Positions 25,011-32,380 of a DNA stretch of 32,380 nt are shown one piece after another (within the stretch, counting starts at the first letter, position 1; every line of letters begins with the position of its first letter). The notes beneath the pieces are model-generated. The model was given only the letters and a program-made list of their open reading frames with translations. It had not been told where the DNA came from and did not search any database. A program made the position numbers and the translations under genes. Location of the stretch: positions 1-32,380 of the forward strand of contig JAIHZV010000001.1 in assembly GCA_022718015.1 (NCBI GenBank). The letters run 5' to 3'. The stretch is from Phascolarctobacterium sp. (GTDB taxonomy: Bacteria; Bacillota; Negativicutes; Acidaminococcales; Acidaminococcaceae).

Positions 25011-26390
25011 ATGAGTTCCTACGACTTAGCGGAAATCTGGGTTAAATGTAAAGACAAAATCAGAGAGTCATTTAACAACGAGCAGATCTTTAATATCTAC
25101 ATTAAGCCCATCATACCCCTTGAGGTCACAGATGAATACTGCAAGGTGGCCGTAAAAAATAACTTCTTCAAAAATATGCTGGAGGAGAACTATGCATCTG
25201 TGATTGAAGGCATTTTGTCCGGTATCATCGGCAAAAATATTCGTCTTATTATTGAAACCATGGACAGCGAGCATACCCCTGCTGCCAGCGACGAGGTGCC
25301 GACCACGGCGCCTAAAAAGGAACAGCAGCAACTATTTAATGAAAAAAGCGCCAATGACGAGCCGAACGAAAGCAATCTGAATCCCAAGTACGTATTTGAA
25401 ACCTTCGTTATCGGCAACTCCAACCGCTTTGCGCACGCTGCCGCTCAGGCTGTAGCCAACAATCCGGCGCATGCCTACAACCCGCTCTTCCTGTACGGCG
25501 GTGTTGGTCTGGGCAAAACTCACTTGATGCACGCTATAGGCAACCGCATCAAGCAGAACAACCCCAGCATGAAGGTGCTCTACACCTCCAGTGAAAAATT
25601 CACGAACGAAATCATCAATTCTATCCAAAATAAGACGACTGAGGCCTTCCGCCAGAAGTACCGTAATATTGACTGCCTGATCATCGACGATATCCAGTTT
25701 CTGAAGGGTAAGGAGCAGACGCAGGAGGAATTCTTCCACACCTTCAACGCCCTCAAGGATGCTGATAAGCAGATCATCATCTCCAGTGACCGCTCTCCGC
25801 GCGAAATCGAAACGCTGCAGGACCGCCTGCGCTCGCGCTTCGACCAAGGCCTCACTGCTGATATCCAGCCGCCTGACCTGGAAACACGTATGGCAATTCT
25901 GCGCACGAAGGCTGCCTCCGACAAAATCGAGCTGCCGAACGATGTCATCACGCTGCTGGCAACCAACATCGCCACCAATATCCGTGAAATCGAAGGTGCC
26001 TACAACAAAATCGTAGCCTACACCTCCCTTATGGATATGCCTATCACTGTCGAAACAGCGCAGAAGGTGCTCACTGACATGGGCAATGATGTAAAAACCA
26101 AGCAGATTACCTTTGAAGGCATTATCAAGGTTGTTGCCGACCACTACAATGTCAAGGAAGAGGAGCTCTTCAATAAAAAGCGCACACAGAACATCGCCTT
26201 CCCGCGCCAGATTGCTATGTACCTCTGCCGTGAGCTGGCCGACCTGTCCTATCCGCGCATCGGTGAGCTGTTCGGCGGCCGCGACCACACCACTGTCATT
26301 CACGCTTACGAAAAGATCAGCAAGATGAAAGCAGACAATCTCAAGCTGCAGACTGAGATGCAGGAAATGGTGGAAATACTGCGTCAATAA
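25011..26390 (+). CDS. dnaA: Chromosomal replication initiator
   Basis: YNPLFLYGGVGLGKTHL, IDDIQF and FGGRDHTTVIHA motifs. Confidence 0.99.
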   Translation: MSSYDLAEIWVKCKDKIRESFNNEQIFNIYIKPIIPLEVTDEYCKVAVKNNFFKNMLEENYASVIEGILSGIIGKNIRLIIETMDSEHTPAASDEVPTTAPKKEQQQLFNEKSANDEPNESNLNPKYVFETFVIGNSNRFAHAAAQAVANNPAHAYNPLFLYGGVGLGKTHLMHAIGNRIKQNNPSMKVLYTSSEKFTNEIINSIQNKTTEAFRQKYRNIDCLIIDDIQFLKGKEQTQEEFFHTFNALKDADKQIIISSDRSPREIETLQDRLRSRFDQGLTADIQPPDLETRMAILRTKAASDKIELPNDVITLLATNIATNIREIEGAYNKIVAYTSLMDMPITVETAQKVLTDMGNDVKTKQITFEGIIKVVADHYNVKEEELFNKKRTQNIAFPRQIAMYLCRELADLSYPRIGELFGGRDHTTVIHAYEKISKMKADNLKLQTEMQEMVEILRQ

Positions 26391-26399
26391 CAAGCAAAA

Positions 26400-26630
26400 A
26401 GTTATCCACAAAAACTGTGTATAACTCACCTCTAAACTGTGTATAACTTTCCGTCGATGTTGATAAATTTTTGGGCTGTAGATGACGGGGATAATATTTC
26501 CCGACTATCCACAGGTTTATCTACATGGGCAATACCGCCTGACAGCAAGGCTCAGACGCTTTTTCCACATAACTAACAGCCCCTACTACTACGTCGACTA
26601 CTTTTAATAAATTATATAGTATTAAAAAAA
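26400..26630. other. oriC: oriC unwinding region: DnaA-box cluster, DnaA-trios and AT-rich DUE
   Basis: Boxes at 26402 (TTATCCACA), 26416 and 26438 (TGTGTATAA), 26458, 26505, 26517 and 26561 (1 mismatch each). Then GCC, CTA-CTA-CTA-CGT-CGA-CTA (26583-26600) and an almost pure A/T tract to 26630. Confidence 0.93.
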
Positions 26631-26649
26631 CAAGGAGGACTGTGTACAA

Positions 26650-27759
26650 ATGATAATTTCCTGCAATACAACCAACTTAAATAAGGCACTTCAGACCGTT
26701 CAAAGAGCAATTATTTCCAAACCAAGCACACCTATCTTCTCCGGTATCCATCTTCTTACACGTGATGGGAAATTAGAAATCCAGGCTATGGATATCAATA
26801 TGGCTATTTCCTGCAATATCGAGGCCGATATTATAGAAGCCGGGGAAATAGTCGTTTCTGCTAAGCATTTTTCTGAGCTTGTACGTAAGCTGCCTGAAGA
26901 GAACCTGACTATTACTAAGAATACAGAAAATCATACTATTAAAGTAACCTCCGGGAAATCCGAATATCAGCTGCTTTTAATGAATGAAGAGGATTATCCG
27001 AAATTCCCCGTTTTCGATGCAGAAAAGAGCATTGCTATTGAAGATACCATGATTAAGGAGCTAATCAAGAAAACTATTTTCTCCTGCTCCAACGACGAAG
27101 CTCGTCCTCTGTTCACTGGTATCCTCGTTGAGGTTGCTGATGGCAAAATTACCTTTGTTGGTACGAATACTCATCGTCTGGCAATAAAATCTCTACCCTA
27201 TACTGAGGCTGCACCGATGAGCCTGATTATTCCCTCCAAGGTTTTAACGGAAATTTCCCGTAATCTGGCAGGCGACGCTCCGCAGCAGGTAAAAATTTCC
27301 CTGCTCAACAATCAGATTATGGTCATTATTGATAACGTTATCATTGTTTCCCGTCTGATTGAGGGCAAATTCCCTGATTATAAGCGCGTTATCCCGCCAA
27401 AATTCGCTATTACGGCTAAGGTTAACATCAAGGAGCTGGCAGGAGCAGTAGAGCGCGTTGCTCTTTTCTCTACTGACGGTGATTATAGCATTATCAAAAT
27501 GAGCGTTGATAATGGCGAGCTGACGATTACGAGCAGCAGTCCGGACGTTGGCACCGGCCGTGAGGTTATTTCCTGCCAGTCCGAGGGCGAAAAGCTCAAT
27601 GTAGCCTTCAACTCTAAATATATTCTTGATATCCTCAAAAACCTGGAATCTGACGAGGCTGTGCTCTCCATGAACACCTCTTTGAGTCCGGTTTGTGTAA
27701 CCTGCGAGCAGGAGCCTGATTATATTTATATTGTTACTCCTGTACGCGTTGTTTTCTAA
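26650..27759 (+). CDS. dnaN: DNA polymerase III beta sliding clamp
   Basis: RPLFTG, TNTHRLA, SRLIEGKFPDYKRVIP and terminal TPVR motifs. Confidence 0.98.
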   Translation: MIISCNTTNLNKALQTVQRAIISKPSTPIFSGIHLLTRDGKLEIQAMDINMAISCNIEADIIEAGEIVVSAKHFSELVRKLPEENLTITKNTENHTIKVTSGKSEYQLLLMNEEDYPKFPVFDAEKSIAIEDTMIKELIKKTIFSCSNDEARPLFTGILVEVADGKITFVGTNTHRLAIKSLPYTEAAPMSLIIPSKVLTEISRNLAGDAPQQVKISLLNNQIMVIIDNVIIVSRLIEGKFPDYKRVIPPKFAITAKVNIKELAGAVERVALFSTDGDYSIIKMSVDNGELTITSSSPDVGTGREVISCQSEGEKLNVAFNSKYILDILKNLESDEAVLSMNTSLSPVCVTCEQEPDYIYIVTPVRVVF

Positions 27760-27769
27760 GGAGACTGCT

Positions 27770-27997
27770 ATGCAAAAGGAAACTATTGAAATTACTACTG
27801 CAACCATTACCATGGATAAGCTGCTGAAATTTTCTGGTGTGGCCGACACTGGCGGCCAGGCCTTTATGATGGTGGAAGATGGCGTTGTCCGCCTCAATGG
27901 TCAGCTGGTTACGGAAAAGCGCAAGCAGGTACGTCCCGGCGACGTTGTCAATATTGATGACCAGATTGAGCTGACTGTTATTGCAGAGGCTGAATGA
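27770..27997 (+). CDS. yaaA: S4-domain RNA-binding protein (YaaA/RlbA-like)
   Basis: ITMDKLLKFSG...TGGQA...VRLNG...KRKQVRPGD. Start moved to ATG 27770 (AAGGAG RBS). Lies between dnaN and recF. Confidence 0.9.
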   Translation: MQKETIEITTATITMDKLLKFSGVADTGGQAFMMVEDGVVRLNGQLVTEKRKQVRPGDVVNIDDQIELTVIAEAE

Positions 27998-29121
27998 AGG
28001 TCAATAAGCTTTATGCGGTGAATTTCCGCAATTATGCTGCCTGTGAGCTGGAGCTGCCAGCTATGATTAACGTTTTTTACGGGCAGAACGCCCAGGGCAA
28101 GACAAATCTGCTGGAGGCGTTGTTTTACGCTGCCTTTGGCCTGTCTCACCGGACCTCGGCGGAGGACGAGCTGCCGCAGCTTGGTAGCGAGGCGATGGCT
28201 GTGGGTGTAGAATATGCCAGCTTCAGCGGACGCCATGAGGTAAAAATCAAAAAGTACCGTCAGCAGGAGCGCTGGAAGAAGGAAATACTTCTGGACGGTG
28301 CCAAGGTGCGGCCGAAGGAACATTACGGCGCCTTGAACGCGGTAATGTTCTCGCCGGAGGATTTGCAGCTCGTCAAGGGCGAGCCGGGCCTGCGTCGCCG
28401 CTTCTTTGATATGCAGATTGCGCAGACGGACCCTGTTTATTACGATTTGCTCGTGAAATATAACCGCGTCCTGTTGCAGCGCAACCGTCTGCTCAAGGAG
28501 CTGCGCGATAATGGCGGCTCGGCGAGCGCTCTGGAGCCGTGGAATGAGGAGTTTATCCATCTGGCAGCGGCGTTGGTGCAGCGCAGGCTGACGGCTTTGG
28601 GCAAGCTGGAAAGCATTGCCGCCGAGATTTATGCTTCGATTACGCAGCATAAGGAGCAGCTCGTCGTGCGATATGAGCAGAAGGCCAATGACGGCACGCT
28701 GCTTTATCCGACGGAGGCTTCTGAGGCCAGCGAGGAGCTTTATCGCAGCCTGCTGCAGCAGCGCCAGCGTATAGATATTCTGCGCGGCAATACAGGCATC
28801 GGACCGCATCGAGATGACCTGCAGCTGCTGCTCAACGGCCTCTCCTTGCGCTCCTTCGGTTCGCAGGGACAGCAGCGCAGCGGCGCTCTGGCCCTGAAGC
28901 TGTCGCAGCTGGAATATGTACACCGCGAAATAGGTGAATATCCTGTGCTGCTGCTTGATGATGTGATGAGCGAGCTGGACGACAGCCGCCGTGCTCAGCT
29001 GCTGCTCTTTATCGACGGACGGGTGCAGACCTTCATCACGGTCAATGATAAGGAATGGATACCTGCACTGCCAGGCAATGCCTATTTTAAAATCTGCGGC
29101 GGTACGATAAGCGAGGGCTGA
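27994..29121 (+). CDS. recF: DNA replication/repair protein RecF
   Basis: NFRNY, GQNAQGKTNLLEA, GPHRDD, GSQGQQRS and LLLDDVMSELD motifs. Confidence 0.98.
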   Translation: MKVNKLYAVNFRNYAACELELPAMINVFYGQNAQGKTNLLEALFYAAFGLSHRTSAEDELPQLGSEAMAVGVEYASFSGRHEVKIKKYRQQERWKKEILLDGAKVRPKEHYGALNAVMFSPEDLQLVKGEPGLRRRFFDMQIAQTDPVYYDLLVKYNRVLLQRNRLLKELRDNGGSASALEPWNEEFIHLAAALVQRRLTALGKLESIAAEIYASITQHKEQLVVRYEQKANDGTLLYPTEASEASEELYRSLLQQRQRIDILRGNTGIGPHRDDLQLLLNGLSLRSFGSQGQQRSGALALKLSQLEYVHREIGEYPVLLLDDVMSELDDSRRAQLLLFIDGRVQTFITVNDKEWIPALPGNAYFKICGGTISEG

Positions 29122-29122
29122 A

Positions 29123-29884
29123 ATGCGCTACGATAAACTTGAAGCGGCAGATGAGGTTGTGAAACGCCTCTTTGACCCGCGCTATTCCTATAAAAAGGCT
29201 TATATTCCTCTGGAGCTGAAATATGCGTATCTGCAGCATTATCTGGAGGACAAATGGACAGAAATCGTGGGGAAGAACCTGGTCCGTAGCTGCTCGATTG
29301 AAAAAATCGTCGGCAATGAGCTGTATATCCGCACTGCCAGCAGCCTTTTGGCGAACGAGCTGTATATGATGCAGTCCTTGTTCCTGCAAAAAATCAATGC
29401 CTTTCTTTTAGGCCGCCTCATTATCAAGAAGGTGTACTTTCATACAGGCGGCTTTATCCGCCGCCAGCAGGCCAAAAAGCAGGCGGAGGAGCAGGCTCAG
29501 CTGCCGAAGCCGGAGTATACGAGGTGTCCGCGCTGCGGCGCACGTATGGAAAAGGGCCCTGCTATGTGCAGCATCTGTGAGCGTGAGGAGCGCGACAGGC
29601 TGCGCGGTAATATTACGGAGCTGCTGCGGATTCAGCCGTGGCTGAGCTATGAGGAATGCCAGGCCTTCTATAAATGTGACCGTATCCTCTTCAACGCTGT
29701 CCGTGACGGACTCAAGAGCTATTACTTTGAGAAGGTGCGCCAGGGCTTTGCGACGAAGAAGGATGAGCTGATGGCTGTGCTTTTCCTGAGCGAGAAGCAG
29801 CCGGAGGAAATAACCACGAAAATTTATGAGAATACGCTGGCGTATCTGCGCAAGGATGCGCCGATGCAGCGCTTTAGGCGCTGA
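29123..29884 (+). CDS. DUF721/DciA-family protein with Zn-ribbon (CPRC...CSIC) C-terminal extension
   Basis: WTEIVG...LYIRTASSLLANEL...KIN fits the DUF721 pattern. Located between recF and gyrB. Confidence 0.8.
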   Translation: MRYDKLEAADEVVKRLFDPRYSYKKAYIPLELKYAYLQHYLEDKWTEIVGKNLVRSCSIEKIVGNELYIRTASSLLANELYMMQSLFLQKINAFLLGRLIIKKVYFHTGGFIRRQQAKKQAEEQAQLPKPEYTRCPRCGARMEKGPAMCSICEREERDRLRGNITELLRIQPWLSYEECQAFYKCDRILFNAVRDGLKSYYFEKVRQGFATKKDELMAVLFLSEKQPEEITTKIYENTLAYLRKDAPMQRFRR

Positions 29885-29912
29885 AAGCAGGAGAAATGAA
29901 GGAGACGAAAGT

Positions 29913-30200
29913 ATGTATCTGCATTTAGGTGTCGACTGTATGGTCAAAAACAGTGAGATTATCGCTATTTTTAATTTAGGTCACCCGCAGTCGCAGGTTT
30001 ATGATGATTATGTCAAAAAATATGGCAGCCGCTATGAGATTGTGGATGCGTCCGGCGGTGAAGGCTATTATAGCTGCGTACTGACGGAGCAGACGATGTA
30101 TCTGTCCTCAATTTCTTCTATAACCTTAAAAAAACGCGCTGAGTCCGGGTTTCTGGACGGCGCTGTCTATACAAACATGGAAATTTTAAAACGGAGGTAA
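29913..30200 (+). CDS. remB: RemB/DUF370-family (YaaB-like) protein
   Basis: MYLHLG...IIAIF...[14 protein letters not shown]. Start moved to ATG 29913 (AAGGAG RBS). Confidence 0.85.
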   Translation: MYLHLGVDCMVKNSEIIAIFNLGHPQSQVYDDYVKKYGSRYEIVDASGGEGYYSCVLTEQTMYLSSISSITLKKRAESGFLDGAVYTNMEILKRR

Positions 30201-30202
30201 AT

Positions 30203-30595
30203 ATGACAACACAGGATATTGATATTGAAGAAGCCACTGCTGTCAAGGGCAATTATAACGCGGAGCAGATTCACGTTTTAGAGGGCCTGGAAGCAGTACG
30301 CAAAAGACCTGCTATGTATATCGGCAGTACCTCGTCCCGCGGTCTGCACCATCTGGTGTATGAGGTTGTGGACAACAGTATTGACGAGGCTCTGGCCGGC
30401 TATTGCAGCGACATTAAGGTCATCATCCATAAGGATAACAGCATTACTGTTGTCGATAATGGACGCGGTATCCCCGTCGATATGATGAAAAAGGAAAAGA
30501 AGCCTGCTGTAGAGGTTATCATGACCGTGCTGCACGCAGGCGGCAAGTTCGGCGATGGCGGCTACAAGGTTTCCGGTGGTCTGCATGGCGTTGGT
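30203..30595 (+). CDS. gyrB: DNA gyrase subunit B, 5' fragment only (131 codons), cut at a chimeric junction
   Basis: [32 protein letters not shown] and HAGGKFG...SGGLHGVG. The expected xSVVNALS is absent and the frame runs into unrelated sequence. Confidence 0.95.
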
Positions 30596-30872
30596 TGTCA
30601 TTTCTGTCGGCACGATCTCTTTGTATGCGCTCTATCTTTCTTTTTTCTTTATGTCCATCATGTTCCCGACAATCTTTGCACTTGGCTTGGAAGGTATGGG
30701 ACCTTATACGAAGAAAGCCTCTTCCTATATTGTTATGGGAGTGGCAGGCGGAGCTTTTGCCCCCATGCTGATGGGATATATCGGAGCCGATAACATGGCG
30801 GTCGGGTTTGTGATTCCGTTGTTGGCTTTTCTGTATATCCTGTATTTTGCTTTGAGGTGCAAGAGTGAATGA
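30585..30872 (+). CDS. 3' fragment of a FucP-family MFS sugar:H+ symporter
   Basis: [14 protein letters not shown] and [13 protein letters not shown] are FucP-type TM10-11 motifs. The N-terminal part of the protein is missing. Confidence 0.85.
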   Translation: MALVVISVGTISLYALYLSFFFMSIMFPTIFALGLEGMGPYTKKASSYIVMGVAGGAFAPMLMGYIGADNMAVGFVIPLLAFLYILYFALRCKSE

Positions 30873-31098
30873 TGCTTTTCGTGCCCCGGCTCATTTGCCG
30901 GTGGAGGCAACCGGAATAGGTGAAGGCACTTTTATCCTTTGGGTTCACCCGTTATAGTCTTATAATTAAACCACTATACGTAAAGGTAATGGCACTTCTC
31001 GGATTATGACGAAAAAATAATTTAGCCGGTTCTATGTTTTATTTTTAAAATCGCGGTGAAAATTTACCGAAGTATTGAGTAAATATTAACGCTTGAAT

Positions 31099-31131
31099 TT
31101 TAACCCTCTTTGGATTTTCTTCCTACCTTTG
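31099..31131 (+). promoter_or_regulatory. Bacteroidota-type housekeeping promoter (-7 box TAnnTTTG)
   Basis: TACCTTTG at 31124-31131 with TTTA 21 nt upstream. The A-rich leader has no Shine-Dalgarno. Confidence 0.6.
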
Positions 31132-31173
31132 CCTCTTCAAAAACTAAAAAAACACAAACTTAATTCTTGCGCT

Positions 31174-32340
31174 ATGTTAACTCAGATTATAAATGGCAAG
31201 ATCCTTACCCCACAGGGTTGGTTGAAAAACGGCTCTGTTCTGATAAGCGATAACAAGATTTTGGAAGTGACTAACTGCGATCTGGCAGTGGTAGGAGCCA
31301 CTTTGGTAGACGCTAAAGGCATGTATATCGTGCCGGGCGGAGTTGAAATCCATGTTCATGGCGGTGGAGGCCGTGACTTTATGGAAGGTACCGAAGACGC
31401 CTTCAGGGCAGCAGTAGCCGCACATATGCAACATGGTACGACCAGTATTTTTCCCACGTTATCTTCTTCTACCATCCCGATGATCCGGGCAGCGGCGGCA
31501 ACGACTGAAAAGCTGATGGCGGAAAAAGACAGTCCTGTCTTAGGGCTTCATCTGGAAGGGCATTACTTCAATATGAAGATGGCCGGAGGCCAGTTGCCGG
31601 AAAATATCAAGAATCCGGATCCTGAAGAATACATTCCCCTGTTGGAAGAAACACATTGTATCAAACGTTGGGATGCCGCTCCTGAATTACCGGGTGCCAT
31701 GCAGTTCGGCAAATACATCACATCGAAAGGCGTATTGGCATCTGTAGGTCATACACAGGCAGAATATGAAGATATCCAGACAGCCTATGAAGTCGGATAT
31801 ACACATGCGACTCACTTCTACAACGCGATGCCCGGTTTCCATAAACGTCGTGAATATAAGTACGAAGGTACGGTTGAAAGTATTTACCTGATCGACGATA
31901 TGACGGTCGAGGTGGTGGCTGACGGTATCCATGTGCCTCCGACGATCCTCCGTCTGGTTTATAAGATCAAAGGCGTGGAACGCACTTGTCTGATCACTGA
32001 CGCGTTGGCGTGTGCCGCAAGTGACAGCCAGACGGCGTTTGACCCGCGTGTAATCATCGAAGACGGTGTTTGCAAGTTGGCTGACCGTTCAGCTCTTGCC
32101 GGTAGCATTGCGACGATGGACCGCCTGATCCGTACGATGGTTCAGAAAGCGGAGATCCCGTTGGAAGATGCCGTTCGCATGGCCTCCGAAACTCCGGCTC
32201 GTATCATGGGAGTTTACGATCGTAAAGGTTCTTTGCAACGAGGCAAGGATGCGGATATCCTGATCTTGGATAAAGACTTGAATGTCCGTGCTGTTTGGGC
32301 GATGGGTAAATTAGTGGAAGGAACGAATAAACTGTTTTGA
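31174..32340 (+). CDS. nagA: N-acetylglucosamine-6-phosphate deacetylase
   Basis: PGGVEIHVHG, GLHLEG, APE, GHT, THFYNAM, ADGIH, TDA and LAGS motifs. The ATG 31174 start is supported by the near-identical N-terminus of the next paralog. Confidence 0.95.
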   Translation: MLTQIINGKILTPQGWLKNGSVLISDNKILEVTNCDLAVVGATLVDAKGMYIVPGGVEIHVHGGGGRDFMEGTEDAFRAAVAAHMQHGTTSIFPTLSSSTIPMIRAAAATTEKLMAEKDSPVLGLHLEGHYFNMKMAGGQLPENIKNPDPEEYIPLLEETHCIKRWDAAPELPGAMQFGKYITSKGVLASVGHTQAEYEDIQTAYEVGYTHATHFYNAMPGFHKRREYKYEGTVESIYLIDDMTVEVVADGIHVPPTILRLVYKIKGVERTCLITDALACAASDSQTAFDPRVIIEDGVCKLADRSALAGSIATMDRLIRTMVQKAEIPLEDAVRMASETPARIMGVYDRKGSLQRGKDADILILDKDLNVRAVWAMGKLVEGTNKLF

Positions 32341-32343
32341 TTT

Positions 32344-32380
32344 ATGCTGACACAAATAATAAATGGCCAGATCCTCACTC
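32344..32380 (+). CDS. nagA: Start of a second, tandem NagA paralog (cut by the window edge)
   Basis: Reads MLTQIINGQILT versus MLTQIINGKILT in the first copy, with different synonymous codons. Confidence 0.8.
   Translation, partial: MLTQIINGQILT

Noticed and set aside
25332..28923. Long - strand ORFs (365, 217 and 340 aa)
   Set aside because: They are antisense shadows of dnaA, dnaN and recF.
17244..30200. parS sites near the origin
   Set aside because: I did not find a TGTTTCACGTGAAACA-like palindrome by eye. A computational scan is needed to confirm absence.
30203..30793. Novel 196-aa GyrB fusion protein
   Set aside because: The tail after GLHGVG is an out-of-frame read of the permease fragment across the junction.
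30555..30872. Standalone 105-aa membrane protein
   Set aside because: Its first ~10 codons are out-of-frame gyrB sequence, and the rest is only the last helices of an MFS permease.
30878..30952. Structured RNA or riboswitch after the permease fragment
   Set aside because: Short stems exist (GTGCC/GGCAC, TTGCC/GGCAA), but I cannot match them to any family. It is more likely a terminator-like region.
31093..31173. N-terminal extension of NagA from TTG 31093
   Set aside because: It overlaps the promoter motif, and the paralog starts at the residue equivalent to ATG 31174.

Overview
Most of the window (1 to ~30595) is the replication-origin region of a Bacillota chromosome; a Negativicutes-like gut anaerobe is my inference. 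It carries the conserved block noc-rsmG-mnmG-mnmE-jag-yidC-yidD-rnpA-rpmH / dnaA-oriC-dnaN-yaaA-recF-dciA-remB-gyrB', with DnaA boxes, DnaA-trios and an AT-rich unwinding element. Downstream of noc, where soj/spo0J normally follow, lies a ~14 kb accessory cluster. It holds an SPFH + Zn-ribbon + TPM operon (YdjI/G/H-like), an orphan solute-binding lipoprotein paired with a membrane-spanning LuxR one-component regulator, and a seven-gene run of exported proteins with two 5'-nucleotidases. Both leftward operons carry the same palindrome (CTACCCCAA-N8-TT[T/G]G[G/A][A/G]TAG) exactly 22 nt from a -10-like hexamer. This suggests a self-contained, uncharacterised sensor-regulon system and is the best candidate for novelty here. 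Further left are a Fic gene, an AT-rich AlbA_2/HATPase/HTH gene and a 20-bp tandem repeat cut by the window edge. At ~30585-30595 gyrB breaks off inside its ATPase domain and joins the 3' end of a FucP-type permease, followed by Bacteroidales-style tandem nagA genes. This is most likely an assembly or library chimera.
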